From positions 19,329,503 to 19,393,502 of the forward strand of contig NC_057719.1 of NCBI RefSeq assembly GCF_004010195.1: a stretch of DNA of 64,000 nucleotides. The letters run 5' to 3'. This stretch comes from Chiloscyllium plagiosum. Its lineage: Eukaryota. Below the pieces are notes generated by a model. It had not been told where the DNA came from. It saw only the letters and a program-made list of their open reading frames with translations, and ran no database searches. Position numbers and translations under genes: made by a program. Positions 24,443 to 37,255 of this stretch are shown piece by piece. The first letter of the stretch is position 1. Each line of letters starts with the position of its first letter.

Positions 24443-27400
24443 CTCCCACACCAGAGCACTAACTGCACTCCCACACCGGGGCACTAATCCCCACTCTCAC
24501 ACCGGGGCACTAACACCTACTCCCACACGTGCACAAACCCTAACTTCCACACCGGGCTCAAACCCCCACTCCCACACCGGGCACTAACCCACACTCCCAT
24601 ACTGGGGCACTAATCCCCACTCTCACACCGGGGCACTAACGCCCACTCCCACACCGGGCAAAATCCCCACTCCCACACCGGGCATAAACCCCCACTCTCA
24701 TACCGGGGGACTAACGCCCACTCTCACACCGGGGCACTAACACCCACTCCCACTCCGGGCACAAACCCCCACTCCCACACCAGGGCACTAACCCCCACTC
24801 GCACACCGGGGCACTAACCCCCACTCAGACACCGGACACTAACTCCCAATCCCGCACCAGGGCAATAGCCCCCACTCTCGCACCGGGGCACTAATCCCCA
24901 CTCCCACACAGTGGCACTAAACCCCACTCCCACACCGGGCACTTACCCACACTCACACACCGGGGCATTAACCCCTACTCCCACACTGGGGCACTAACCA
25001 CCATTCCTACAGAAGGCCACTAACCCCCACTCCCACAGCAGGGCATTAACCTCCACTCCCGCACTGGGGCACTAACCCCCATTCCCATACCAGGGCACTA
25101 ACCCCCACTCACACACCAGGGACCTAACCCCCACTCCCACACCGGGCACAAACCCCCACTCCCACACGGGNNNNNNNNNNNNNNNNNNNNNNNNNNNNNN
25201 NNNNNNNNNNNNNNNNNNNNNNNNNNNNNNNNNNNNNNNNNNNNNNNNNNNNNNNNNNNNNNNNNNNNNNNNNNNNNNNNNNNNNNNNNNNNNNNNNNNN
25301 NNNNNNNNNNNNNNNNNNNNNNNNNNNNNNNNNNNNNNNNNNNNNNNNNNNNNNNNNNNNNNNNNNNNNNNNNNNNNNNNNNNNNNNNNNNNNNNNNNNN
25401 NNNNNNNNNNNNNNNNNNNNNNNNNNNNNNNNNNNNNNNNNNNNNNNNNNNNNNNNNNNNNNNNNNNNNNNNNNNNNNNNNNNNNNNNNNNNNNNNNNNN
25501 NNNNNNNNNNNNNNNNNNNNNNNNNNNNNNNNNNNNNNNNNNNNNNNNNNNNNNNNNNNNNNNNNNNNNNNNNNNNNNNNNNNNNNNNNNNNNNNNNNNN
25601 NNNNNNNNNNNNNNNNNNNNNNNNNNNNNNNNNNNNNNNNNNNNNNNNNNNNNNNNNNNNNNNNNNNNNNNNNNNNNNNNNNNNNNNNNNNNNNNNNNNN
25701 NNNNNNNNNNNNNNNNNNNNNNNNNNNNNNNNNNNNNNNNNNNNNNNNNNNNNNNNNNNNNNNNNNNNNNNNNNNNNNNNNNNNNNNNNNNNNNNNNNNN
25801 NNNNNNNNNNNNNNNNNNNNNNNNNNNNNNNNNNNNNNNNNNNNNNNNNNNNNNNNNNNNNNNNNNNNNNNNNNNNNNNNNNNNNNNNNNNNNNNNNNNN
25901 NNNNNNNNNNNNNNNNNNNNNNNNNNNNNNNNNNNNNNNNNNNNNNNNNNNNNNNNNNNNNNNNNNNNNNACACTGGGGCACTATCCCCCCACTCCCGCA
26001 CCGGGACACTAACACCCACTCCCATACTGGGGCACTAACCGCCACTCCCACACTGGGGCACTTTCCCCCACTCCTGCACTGGGGCACTGACCCCCACCCC
26101 CACACTGGGGCACTAACACCCACTCTCATACTGGGGCACTATCCCCCACTCCCGAACCGGGGGAATAAACCCCACTCCTAAAGCGGGGCACTAACCCCCA
26201 CTCCAAAAGTGGGCACTAACCCCCACACCGGCACTAACCCCGACTCTCACACCGGGGCAATAACCCTCACTCCCACACCGGGCACTAACTCCCAATCCCG
26301 CACCTAGGCACTAACCCCCACTCCCATACTGGGGCACTAACCGCCACTCCCACACCGGGGCACTAACCCCCACTCCCACACCGGGGCACTAATCCCCACT
26401 CCCACAACGGGACACAAAGCCCTATTCCCACACTTGGGCGCTACCCCCACTCCCGCACCAGGGCACTACCCCCCACTCTCACACTAGGGCACTATCACCC
26501 CACTCCCGCACCGGGAGACTAACACCAACTCCCATACTGGGGCACTAACCCCCACTCCCGAACCGGGGGAATAAACCCCACTCCTAAAGTGGGGCACTAA
26601 CCCCCACTCCCAAAGTGGGCACTAACCCCCACACCGGCACTAACCCCGACTCTCACACCGGGGCAATAACCCTCACTCCCACACCGGGCACTAACTCCCA
26701 ATCCCGCACCTAGGCACTAACCCCCACTCCCATACCGTGGCAGTAGCCCCCACTCCCGCACCGGGGCATTAATCCCCACTCCCACACAGTGGCACCATAC
26801 CCCACTTGCACGTCGGGACACTAACCTTCACTCGTACACCAGGGCACTAAACCCCACTCCCACACCGGGGCATTTACCTCCACTCCAAACGGAGCACTAA
26901 CCCCCACTCCCACACCAAGGCATTTACACCCACTCCAACCGGGGCTCTAACCCCCACTCCCACAGCAGGGCATTAGCCCCCACTCCCGCACTGGGGCACT
27001 AACCCCCACTCACACACCAAGGCCCTAACCCCCACTCCCACACCTGGGCACTAAACCCCACTCCCACACCTGGGCACTAAACCCCACTCCCACACCGGGA
27101 CTCTAAACCCCACTCCCACAGCAGGGCACTAACCCCCACTCCCACAGTGGGGCATTAACCCCCACTCCCGCACAGGGGCACTAACCCCCATTCCCACACC
27201 AGGGCACTAACACCCACTCCCACAGCAGGGCACTAACCCCCACTCCCACACCGGGCCACTAACCCCTACTCTTACACCGGGGCACTAATACCCACTCCCA
27301 CACCGGGAAACTAAGCCCTATTCCCACACTTGGGCACTAACCCCCACTCCCGCACGAGCGCACTACCCCCCACTTTCACAGGGGGGCACTAACTCCCACT

Positions 27401-30400
27401 CCCATACCGTGGCAGTAGCACCCACTCCCGCACCGGGGCATTAATCCCCACTCCCACACAGTGGCACCATACCCCACTTGCACGGCGGGGCACTAACCTC
27501 CACTCTCACACCGGGGCACTAACCCCCACTCCCACACGGGGGCACTAACCCCCACTCTCACACGGGGGCACTAACCCCCTCTCCCACACCGGGACACTAA
27601 GCCCTATTCCCACACTTGGGCACTAACACCCACTCTCGCACCGGGGGAATAAACCCCACTCCCACACTGGGGCACTAAACCCCACTCCCACACCGGGACA
27701 CTAAGCCCTATTCCCACACTTGGGCACTAACACCCACTCTCGCACCGGGGGAATAAACCCCACTCCCACACTGGGGCACTAAACCCCACTCCCACACCGG
27801 GACACTAAGCCCTATTCCCACACTTGGGCACTAACACCCACTCTCGCACCGGGGGAATAAACCCCACTCCCACACTGGGGCACTAATCCCCACTCCTAAA
27901 GCGGGGCACTAACCCCCACTCCCAAAGCGGGCACTAACCCCCACTCCCCCACGGTGGCACTAACCCCCACTCTCACACCGGGGAAATAACCCTCACTCCC
28001 ACACCGGGCACTAACTCCCAATCCCGCACCTAGGCACTAACCCCCACTTCCATACCGTGGCAGTAGCCCCCACTCCCGCACCGGGGCACTAATCCCCACT
28101 CCCACACAGTGGCACCATACCCCACTTGNNNNNNNNNNNNNNNNNNNNNNNNNNNNNNNNNNNNNNNNNNNNNNNNNNNNNNNNNNNNNNNNNNNNNNNN
28201 NNNNNNNNNNNNNNNNNNNNNNNNNNNNNNNNNNNNNNNNNNNNNNNNNNNNNNNNNNNNNNNNNNNNNNNNNNNNNNNNNNNNNNNNNNNNNNNNNNNN
28301 NNNNNNNNNNNNNNNNNNNNNNNNNNNNNNNNNNNNNNNNNNNNNNNNNNNNNNNNNNNNNNNNNNNNNNNNNNNNNNNNNNNNNNNNNNNNNNNNNNNN
28401 NNNNNNNNNNNNNNNNNNNNNNNNNNNNNNNNNNNNNNNNNNNNNNNNNNNNNNNNNNNNNNNNNNNNNNNNNNNNNNNNNNNNNNNNNNNNNNNNNNNN
28501 NNNNNNNNNNNNNNNNNNNNNNNNNNNNNNNNNNNNNNNNNNNNNNNNNNNNNNNNNNNNNNNNNNNNNNNNNNNNNNNNNNNNNNNNNNNNNNNNNNNN
28601 NNNNNNNNNNNNNNNNNNNNNNNNNNNNNNNNNNNNNNNNNNNNNNNNNNNNNNNNNNNNNNACACTACCCCCCACTCTTACACTGGGGCACTATCCCCC
28701 CACTCCCGCACCGGGACACTAACACCCACTCCCATACTGGGGCACTAACCGCCACTCCCACACTGGGGCACTTTCCCCCACTCCTGCACTGGGGCACTGA
28801 CCCCCACCCCCACACTGGGGCACTAACACCCACTCTCATACTGGGGCACTATCCCCCACTCCCGAACCGGGGGAATAAACCCCACTCCTAAAGCGGGGCA
28901 CTAACCCCCACTCCCAAAGTGGGCACTAACCCCCACACCGGCACTAACCCCGACTCTCACACCGGGGCAATAACCCTCACTCCCACAGCAGGGCACTAAC
29001 CCCCACTCCCACAGCAGGGCACTAACCCCCACTCCCAGGCCGGGGCACTAACCCCTACTCTCACACTGGGGCACTAACCCCCACTCCCACACGGGGGCAC
29101 TAACTCCCACTCCCACACCGGGACACTAAGCCCTATTCCCACACTTGGGCACTAACCCCCACTCCCGCACCAGCACACTACCCCCCACTCTTACACTGGG
29201 GCACTATCCCCCCACTCCCGCACCGGGACACTAACACCCACTCCCATACTGGGGCACTAACCGCCACTCCCACACTGGGGCACTTTCCCCCACTCCTGCA
29301 CTGGGGCACTGACCCCCACCCCCACACTGGGGCACTAACACCCACTCTCATACTGGGGCACTATCCCCCACTCCCGCACCGGGGGAATAAACCCCATTCC
29401 TAACGCGGGGCACTAACCCCCACTCCCAAAGTGGGCACTAACCCCCACTCCGGCACCTAGGCACTAACCCCCACTCCCATACCGTGGCAGTAGCGCCCAT
29501 TCCCGCACCGGGGCATTAATCCCCACTCCCACACAGTGGCACCATACCCCACTTGCACCCCGGGGCACTAACCCCCACTCCCGCACCGGGGCACTAATCC
29601 CCACTCCCACACAGTGGCACTAAACCCCACTTGCACCCCGGCGCACTAAACCCCACTCCCACATCTGGGCACTAACCCCCATTCCCACACCAGGGCACTA
29701 ACCCCCACTCCCACAGCAGGGCACTAACCCCCACTCCCAGACCGGGGCACTAACCCCTACTCTCACACTGGGGCACTAACCCCCACTCCCACACGGGGGC
29801 ACTAACTCCCACTCCCACACCGGGACACTAAGCCCTATTCCCACACTTGGGCACTAACCCCCACTCCCGCACCAGCACACTACCCCCCACTCTTACACTG
29901 GGGCACTATCCCCCCACTCCCGCACCGGGACACTAACACCCACTCCCATACTGGGGAACGAACCGCCACTCCCACACTGGGGCACTTTCCCCCACTCCTG
30001 CACTGGGGCACTGACCCCCACCCCCACACTGGGGCACTAACACCCACACCCATACTGGGGCACTATCGCCCACTCCCGCACCGGGGGAATAAACCCCACT
30101 CCTAAAGCGGGGCACTGACCCCCACTCCCAAAGTGGGCACTAACCCCCACTCCGGCACCTAGGCACTAACCCCCACTCCCAGACCGTGGCAGTAGCGCCC
30201 ATTCCCGCACCGGGGCATTAATCCCCACTCCCACACAGTGGCACCATACCCCACTTGTACCCCGGGGCACTAACCTCCACTCTCATACCGGGGCACTAAC
30301 CCCCACTCCCACACCGGGGCACTAACCCCCACTCTCCCACGGGGGCACTAATCCCCACTCCCACACCGGGACACTAAGCCCTATTCCCACACTTGGGCAC

Positions 30401-32457
30401 TAACCCCCACTCCCACACCAGGCACTAGCCCCCACTCTCGCACCGGGGGAATAAACCCCACTCCCACACTGGGGCACTAACCCCCACTCCTAAAGCGGGG
30501 CACTAACCCCCACTCCCAAAGCGAGCACTAACCCCCACTCCCCCACGGTGGCACTAACTCCCACTCTCACACCGGGGCAATAACCCTCACTCCCACACCG
30601 GGCACTAACTCCAAATCCCGCACCTAGGCACTAACCCCCACTCCCATACTGTGGCAGTAGCCCCCACTCCCGCACCGGGGCACTAATCCCCACTCCCACA
30701 CAGTGGCACCATACCCCACTTGCATGACGGGGCACTAACCTCCACTCTCACACCGGGGCACTAACCTCCACTCCCACACGGGGGCACTAACCCCCACTCC
30801 CACACGGGGGCACTAACCTCCACTCCCACACTCGGGCACTAATCCCCACTCCCACACCGGGACACTGAGCCCTATTCCCACACTTGGGCACTAACCCCCA
30901 CTCCAGCACCAGCGCACTACCCCCCACTCTCACACTGGGGCACTATCACCCCACTCCCGCACCGGGAGACTAACACCCACAGCCATACTGGGGCACTAAC
31001 CCCCACTCCCACACTGGGGCACTATCCCCCACTCCCACACTGGGGCACTAACCCCCACCCCCACACTGGGGCACTAACCCCCACTCCCACACTGGGGCAC
31101 TATCTCCACTCGCACACCGGGGCACTAAATCCCACTCCCACACCGGGGCATTTACCTCCACTCCAACCGGGGCACTAACCCCTACTCCCACACCAAGGCA
31201 TTTACCCCCACTCCTACCGGGGCTCTAAACCCCAATCCCACAACAGGGCATTAACCCGCACTCCCGCACTGGGGCACTAACCCCCACTCACACACCAAGG
31301 CCCTTACCCCCACTCCTACACAGGGGCACTAAACCCCACTCCCACACCTGGGCACTAAACCCCACTCCCACATCTGGGCACTAACCCCCATTCCCACACC
31401 AGGGCACTAACCCCCACTGCCACACCGGGGCACTAACCCCTGCTCTCACACTGGGGCACTAACCCCCACTCCCACACGGGGGCACTAACTTCCACTCCCA
31501 CACCGGGACACTAAGCCCTATTCCCACACTTGGGCACTAACCCCCACTCCCGCACCAGCACTCTACCCCCCACTCTTACACTGGGGCACTATCCCCCCAC
31601 TCCCGCACCGGGACACTAACACCCACTCCCATACTGGGGCACTAACCGCCACTCCCACACTGGGGCACTTTCCCCCACTCCTGCACTGGGGCACTGACCC
31701 CCACCCCCACACTGGGGCACTAACACCCACTCTCATACTGGGGCACTATCCCCCACTCCCGCACCGGGGGAATAAACCCCATTCCTAACGCGGGGCACTA
31801 ACCCCCACTCCCAAAGTGGGCACTAACCCCCACACCGGCACTAACCCCGACTCTCACACCGGGGCAATAACCCTCACTCCCACACCGGGCACTAACTCCC
31901 AGTCCCGCACCTAGGCACTAAACCCCACTCCCATACCGTGGCAGTAGCCCCCACCCCCGCACTGGGGCATTAATCCCCACTCCCACACAGTTGCACCATA
32001 CCCCACTTGCACGCCGGGGCACTAACCTCCACTCTCACACCGGGGCNNNNNGTGGCAGTAGCCCCCACTCCCGCACCGGGGCATTAATCCCCACTCCCAC
32101 ACAGTGGCACCATACCCCACTTGCACCCCGGGGCACTAACCTTCACTCTCACACCAGGGCACTAAACCCCACTCCCACACCGGGGCATTTACCTCCACTC
32201 CAACCGGGGCACTAACCCCCACTCCCACACCAAGGCATTTACACCCACTCCTAAAGCGGGGCTCTAACCCCCACTCCCACAGCAGGGCATTAACCCACAC
32301 TCCCGCACTGGGGCACTAACCCCCACACACACCAAGGCCCTAACCCCCACTCCCACACAAGGGCCCTAACCCCCACTCCCACACCAGGGCACTAACACCC
32401 ACTCCCATACTGGGGCACTAACCCCCACTCCCACAGCAGGACACTAACCACCACTCC
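24443..32457. repeat. ~8 kb minisatellite, 26-bp unit GGGGCACTAACCCCCACTCCCACACC, with higher-order variant blocks
   Basis: Directly visible tandem array; N gaps at 25171-25970, 28129-28662 and 32047-32051. Confidence 0.98.
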
Positions 32458-32672
32458 ACTACACAGAATGAACGAGTTTCAGCTGGAGCATCTTACTCCG
32501 CTGCCACTTTACCAGAAGTTCATGGGCAGATTTCGTACAATTTGCTGATTATGCACAGTTGTTATGTTTGCCAATTAGGGCTATACCAGAATATGTGCAA
32601 CGGAAAACCTTTACAATCTGGATTCAGACCATTTTGCCAGTTTAAATAAACAGGATATTTTTCTTTCCTTAG

Positions 32673-32823
32673 AGTAGCAGTTTGAAAGAGTTTGCGGCCT
32701 GTGGCATTCCCTTGATGGAGCACAATGCACGCTCTGTGGCACAAGGCCTGAAGTTCAACAGTCATCTGAGGGTTTTACGTTTGGATAATGCCAGTTTAAG
32801 TGGGCGGCCTCTGATGCTACTAG
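32673..32823 (+). CDS. PPP1R37: PPP1R37-like coding exon D (SSSLKEFAACGIPLMEHNARSVAQGLKFNSHLRVLRLDNASLSGRPLMLL)
   Basis: ttctttccttag acceptor; G|gtatat donor; 151 nt, phase 0 to 1; overlaps ORF 32682..32882. Confidence 0.93.
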
Positions 32824-33492
32824 GTATATTTTTGTCTCCTCTTACTCTTGCTTTCACAGGCTGTAAAGATGGCATACTGTGAGAAAAGGACCATTTGACC
32901 ATGTTAGAAGAAGGGTGCCCGCATTACTTTGGGGCTGGGGCTCTCATTAAAGAGATTATTCCTGGAACTAGCCTTTAATGTGGAGTATTTTATATTGATG
33001 CCGCATGTAAAAATAACTATTTCTTGCTGTGAGGCTTGGTGGGAGGGAATGCTATGATGGGGGAGATATACCACTGAAATGGCTTATAAATCAGACGAGT
33101 GTCATTTGGATTAGCCTTTTGCATCTTTATCATTAAAATATCAATCTTTAAGAACTTCAAATCAAACCAAATCATAAAAGTAAAGACTTCTACACAGGAT
33201 GTAAAGAATAAGTAGAACATTAAGGAATATAATTAACTCCAGTAACACACTACTGAGTGTGCTCACGTAAAACTCTTTGTGTTATTTTAATGCAATTGTT
33301 AACCCTTGGGTTAATGATTCCATTAGAAATATGCAGAATGGAATTTTCTGTGATTGTATTATGAAATGTAAGATCCAGCAGGTTAGGCCTCTTGAGATTT
33401 CATATCAATGCCCAGACTTTTTGAGAACTCATCTTCATATTTTGCTAATTTCATGCAGCTGAATCTGTTGCTTCCTGTCTGACTTCCCACAG

Positions 33493-33648
33493 TTTCTGCC
33501 CTGAATGTGAACCAAATGCTACAGGAACTTTACTTGGCAGACAACAACCTGAACAGCGTTCAGGACTCCATGTACCTGCGAGAGCTGTTGCAATCTAACT
33601 GTACCATAAGACTGTTAGACCTTAAAAACAATTGTATCTTCGACACAG
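33493..33648 (+). CDS. PPP1R37: PPP1R37-like coding exon E (VSALNVNQMLQELYLADNNLNSVQDSMYLRELLQSNCTIRLLDLKNNCIFDT-G)
   Basis: cttcccacag acceptor; AG|gtaaat donor; 156 nt, phase 1 to 1; LxxLxLxxN LRR pattern. Confidence 0.93.
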
Positions 33649-33844
33649 GTAAATAGTAGTGGTACAGTAAACAATGAATCTTAACAATGGATTAAGTAAC
33701 TTGGAACATGTTTCATTTTCTGGTCACTTTGATTCCACTTTAAAACTGGCCTGTATCGCAATCATTTGTTGTTTTTGGGTGCATTTGCTATGTGATAACC
33801 AGGACCAGTACGGAACATTGGAATTGACTTACAGTGTCACTTGT

Positions 33845-34170
33845 GGCTTGAGGTCACTTGTACATCCGAGTCAGGTCTGAGAAAGTCCCATTCCAAAGAG
33901 TTGAGCAATAAAATCCAGGCTGATGTGCCAATTAATGAGTGATGCATTGTCAAAAGTGTTAACATTGAAATTGTTAATCTGAGGCCCTGACTTCTGCACT
34001 ACTATTTGAAAAACAACAGGGGAATTATCCTAATGTCCCAATCAATCTTTATCCCTTAATCAAAATCATTGAAATAAATTATCGCAGCATTATCAAATAG
34101 TTGTTATGGAAATTAAGCCACTGTACGACTCTGAGAGGTTGTAAAAGTTACCATAAAAATTACGTTTTAT
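33845..34170 (+). mobile_element. Deu-SINE, decayed
   Basis: Similar to the 6195 and 51430 copies. Confidence 0.55.
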
Positions 34171-34324
34171 TTAACAGTGTAGAACAAGTCTTCTTAGGTC
34201 TTCTTCCTGAATGGAATATAGTTTACACTGAAATTAATTATGATATGTTTCCAACTCTCTCTGTACTGACCTCGATTACACACACACATCTTTGGATCAG
34301 GGTTTTAACCTAGAACCTTCTGAG

Positions 34325-35180
34325 TCATAAAGTCATACAGCACAGAAATACACCCTTCGGTCCTACCAGTTCATGCTGAATAGAATCCCAAACTAAACTA
34401 GTCCTCACTGCCTGCTCCTGGTCCAAATCCCTCCAAACCTTTCCTGCCAGAGTTGGAGGATCTGAGCTACAGAGAGAAGCTGAACAGGCTGGGGCTGTTT
34501 TCCTTGGAGCGTCAGAGGCTGAGGGGTGACCTTAAAGAAGTTTACAAAATTATGTGGGGCATGGATAGGATAAACAGACAAAATCTTTTCCCTGGGGTCA
34601 GGGAGTCCAGAACTAGAGGGCATAGGTTTAGGGTGAGAGGGGAAAGATATAATAGAGACCTAAGAGACAACTTTTTCATGCAGAGGATGGTACGTGTATG
34701 GAATGAGCTGCCAGAGGATGTGGTGGAGGCTGGTACAATTGCAACATTTAAAAGACAATTGGATGGGTATATGAATAGGAAGGGTTTGGAGGGATATGGG
34801 CTGGGTGCTGGTAGGTGGGGCTAGTTTGGGTTGGGATATCTGGTCGGCATGGACGGGCTAGACCGAAGAATCTGTTTCCACGCTGTACATCTCTATGACT
34901 CTATTCATGGAATTTTCCAAATGTCTTTTAAACGTTGTATTTGTACCCACATCCACCACTTCCTCCGGAAGTTCATTCCACACACGAACCACCCTATGTA
35001 TTAAAAATTTGCTCCTCATGACTTTTTAAAATCTCTCTCCTCTTACCTTAAAATGTCCCTGTAGCCTTGAAATTCCCCCATCCTAGAGAAAAAAACAACT
35101 ACCATTAACCCTATCAATAGCCCTCATTATTTTATAAACTTCCGTAAGATCATCTCTCAACCTTTTATGTTCCAGTGAAG
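34325..35180 (-). mobile_element. CR1 3' fragment hosting a younger opposite-strand CR1
   Basis: Same subfamily as 36290-36620; split at aacctttcct|attcatg. Confidence 0.85.
34447..34902 (+). mobile_element. Young CR1/HER1 3' fragment
   Basis: Open ORF 34453..34824 LGLFSLERQRLRGDL.EVYKIM..RTRGH..WNELP..FKRQLD; ctctatga tail. Confidence 0.92.
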
Positions 35181-35874
35181 AGAATGCAACCACTGAGCCA
35201 AGGCCACTAGTTCACACAGGATTGTTTACACAGTATTCCTTTTCCTTGGTGCATTTACGGTCAGTTTGTATTATATTTTCCAGTGCGTTGAAATTGGGAC
35301 ATTTACTAACTCTGGTACAAGTTAATGTGTAAAATTCCAGGAACAAATGTATACACCTATGATGCATGATTCCTCACAGTCTGTGAGACACAGTATAGCA
35401 ATGTTTAGTCTTTAACTTTCCTAAATCAGAATCTATCAAGATTCTGATATCAAGGTGGGATTCTTCAAATTGTAGACACTTTTGTATGATTGTAGGCCTC
35501 TGGAGTGAGTGGGATTTGATCTCAGGCCTGCTGACTCAAAGATGGAGACACTACCACCGTGCCATGAGCTTTCATCATCAGATTCTATGCTTGTCACCAG
35601 CATGTATGGCAAATATCAGTGAAACAAAGTTTCAGAATCATGGGAGCAAAGTGCTGCCAGAAGGAGTGGTGGGAGGTGCATTCAAGGTCACTTAAAACAG
35701 ATCAGTACCATTTTTTAATGCAAGTACCTCACTGGTAATCTTCACCTTTTGAGTACCCATGTGTCAAAATTTCACAGTGACTCAGAACTGAATCAAGGCA
35801 CGTTTGAAAGATTTAGAAACAACATAAAGGTTACAAGGCAGTTCTGAGAGTTAACTAGTTGAATCTGTTTCTAG

Positions 35875-35987
35875 GACTGAAAGATATCTGTGAAGGTCTA
35901 AAAAGACAGAAGCAAGGTCTGAAAACACTTATACTTTGGAACAACAAACTAACACATAAAGGGATGAGTCACCTAGCTGCTATTCTA
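35875..35987 (+). CDS. PPP1R37: PPP1R37-like coding exon F (GLKDICEGLKRQKQGLKTLILWNNKLTHKGMSHLAAIL)
   Basis: ctgtttctag acceptor; gtaagt donor; 113 nt, phase 1 to 0; absent from the ORF track. Confidence 0.93.
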
Positions 35988-36289
35988 GTAAGTTTATCAT
36001 TTTAACAATAATAGTGATATTCTGTATATAGACAGCATACAATAGATCTGCTTATTGATGAGATTACTTGCTGTGTCTTAAATTTTGAACACTGAGTTTA
36101 AGTCTCAGGATTACTTGAAGCCAAAAAGAGATGTTTTGTCAAGGTGCTGTCTTTCAGATGAGATTTTGAACTGGAGCCCTGACTGCTCTCTGGTCATTTA
36201 CATCAAATTCTACATTGGTGTTTGTTCTCATGGACAAAGGGGACAATTCAAAGTACCTGAAAGCAAGCAGTAAGAGGAGGTATATAATG

Positions 36290-37255
36290 GAATTATAGTC
36301 ATACAGCATGGAAACAGACCTTTTGTTCCAACTAGTCCATGCCAACCATGTTCCAAACTAAATTACTCCCACCAGACTGTGCATGACCCATATCCATCCA
36401 AACCTTTCCTATTCATGTACTTATCCAAATGCTTTATAAATGTTGTAACTGTTCCTGCATCTGTCATTTCCTTTGGCAGTTCATTTCATGCCCCCTAGTT
36501 TTGAACTCCCCACCCTAGGAAAAAGACTTTTGCTATTCACCTAACCTATGCCCCTCATGATTTTATAAACCTCTATAAGATCACCCTTCAACCTCCAATG
36601 CTTCAATGAAAAAAGTCCCAGTCTATCCATCCTCTCCAGATAAATCAAGCCCTCTATTCCTGGCAACGTGTTGGTAAATGTTTTCTGACCACTTTGCAAT
36701 TTAATAATATCTTACCTATAGCAAGGTGACCAGAACTGCATGTAGTACTCCAGAAGAGGCCTCATCAATGTCCTGTAGAACCTCAACATGATGCTCCATT
36801 CCTATATTAAAAGATCTGAGCAATAAAGGCAAGTGTGCTAAACACCTTCTTAACCACCCTATCTAAATGTGAAGCAAAATTCAAAGAATCATGTACCTGA
36901 ATCCCTAGGTCTCTTTCTTCTACAACATTTCCTAGGGCCTTACCATTAATTGTATAAATGCTGCCCGTATTTATTTTACCAAAATGCAATACCTTGCATT
37001 TATCCAGATTAAACTCCGCCTGCCACTTCTCAGCCCATTGACCCAATTGATCAAGATCTCTTTGTAGTCTTAGAGATTCTTCTTCACTGTCCACTATATC
37101 ACCAAATTTGGTGTAATCCACAAAGTTACTAACCATGTCTCCTATATTCTCATCCAATCGTATATATAAATGACAAACAGAGGTGGACCCAACACTGATC
37201 TCTGTGGAACACTGCTGGTCACAGGTCCTTCGTCTGAAAAACAACCCTCTGTCTG
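36290..37255 (-). mobile_element. CR1/HER1 RT fragment
   Basis: ORF 36807..37259 FVDYTK..LQRDLDQLGQWAEKWQ.EFN.DKCKVLHFG..ERDLGIQV. Confidence 0.92.

Noticed and set aside
25072..28891. Long ORFs of 195-343 aa in the ORF track
   Set aside because: They are runs of X across N gaps plus minisatellite translation.
24443..32457. CRISPR-like or true telomeric array
   Set aside because: No unique spacers, eukaryotic context, and no (TTAGGG)n runs; it is a 26-bp tandem repeat.
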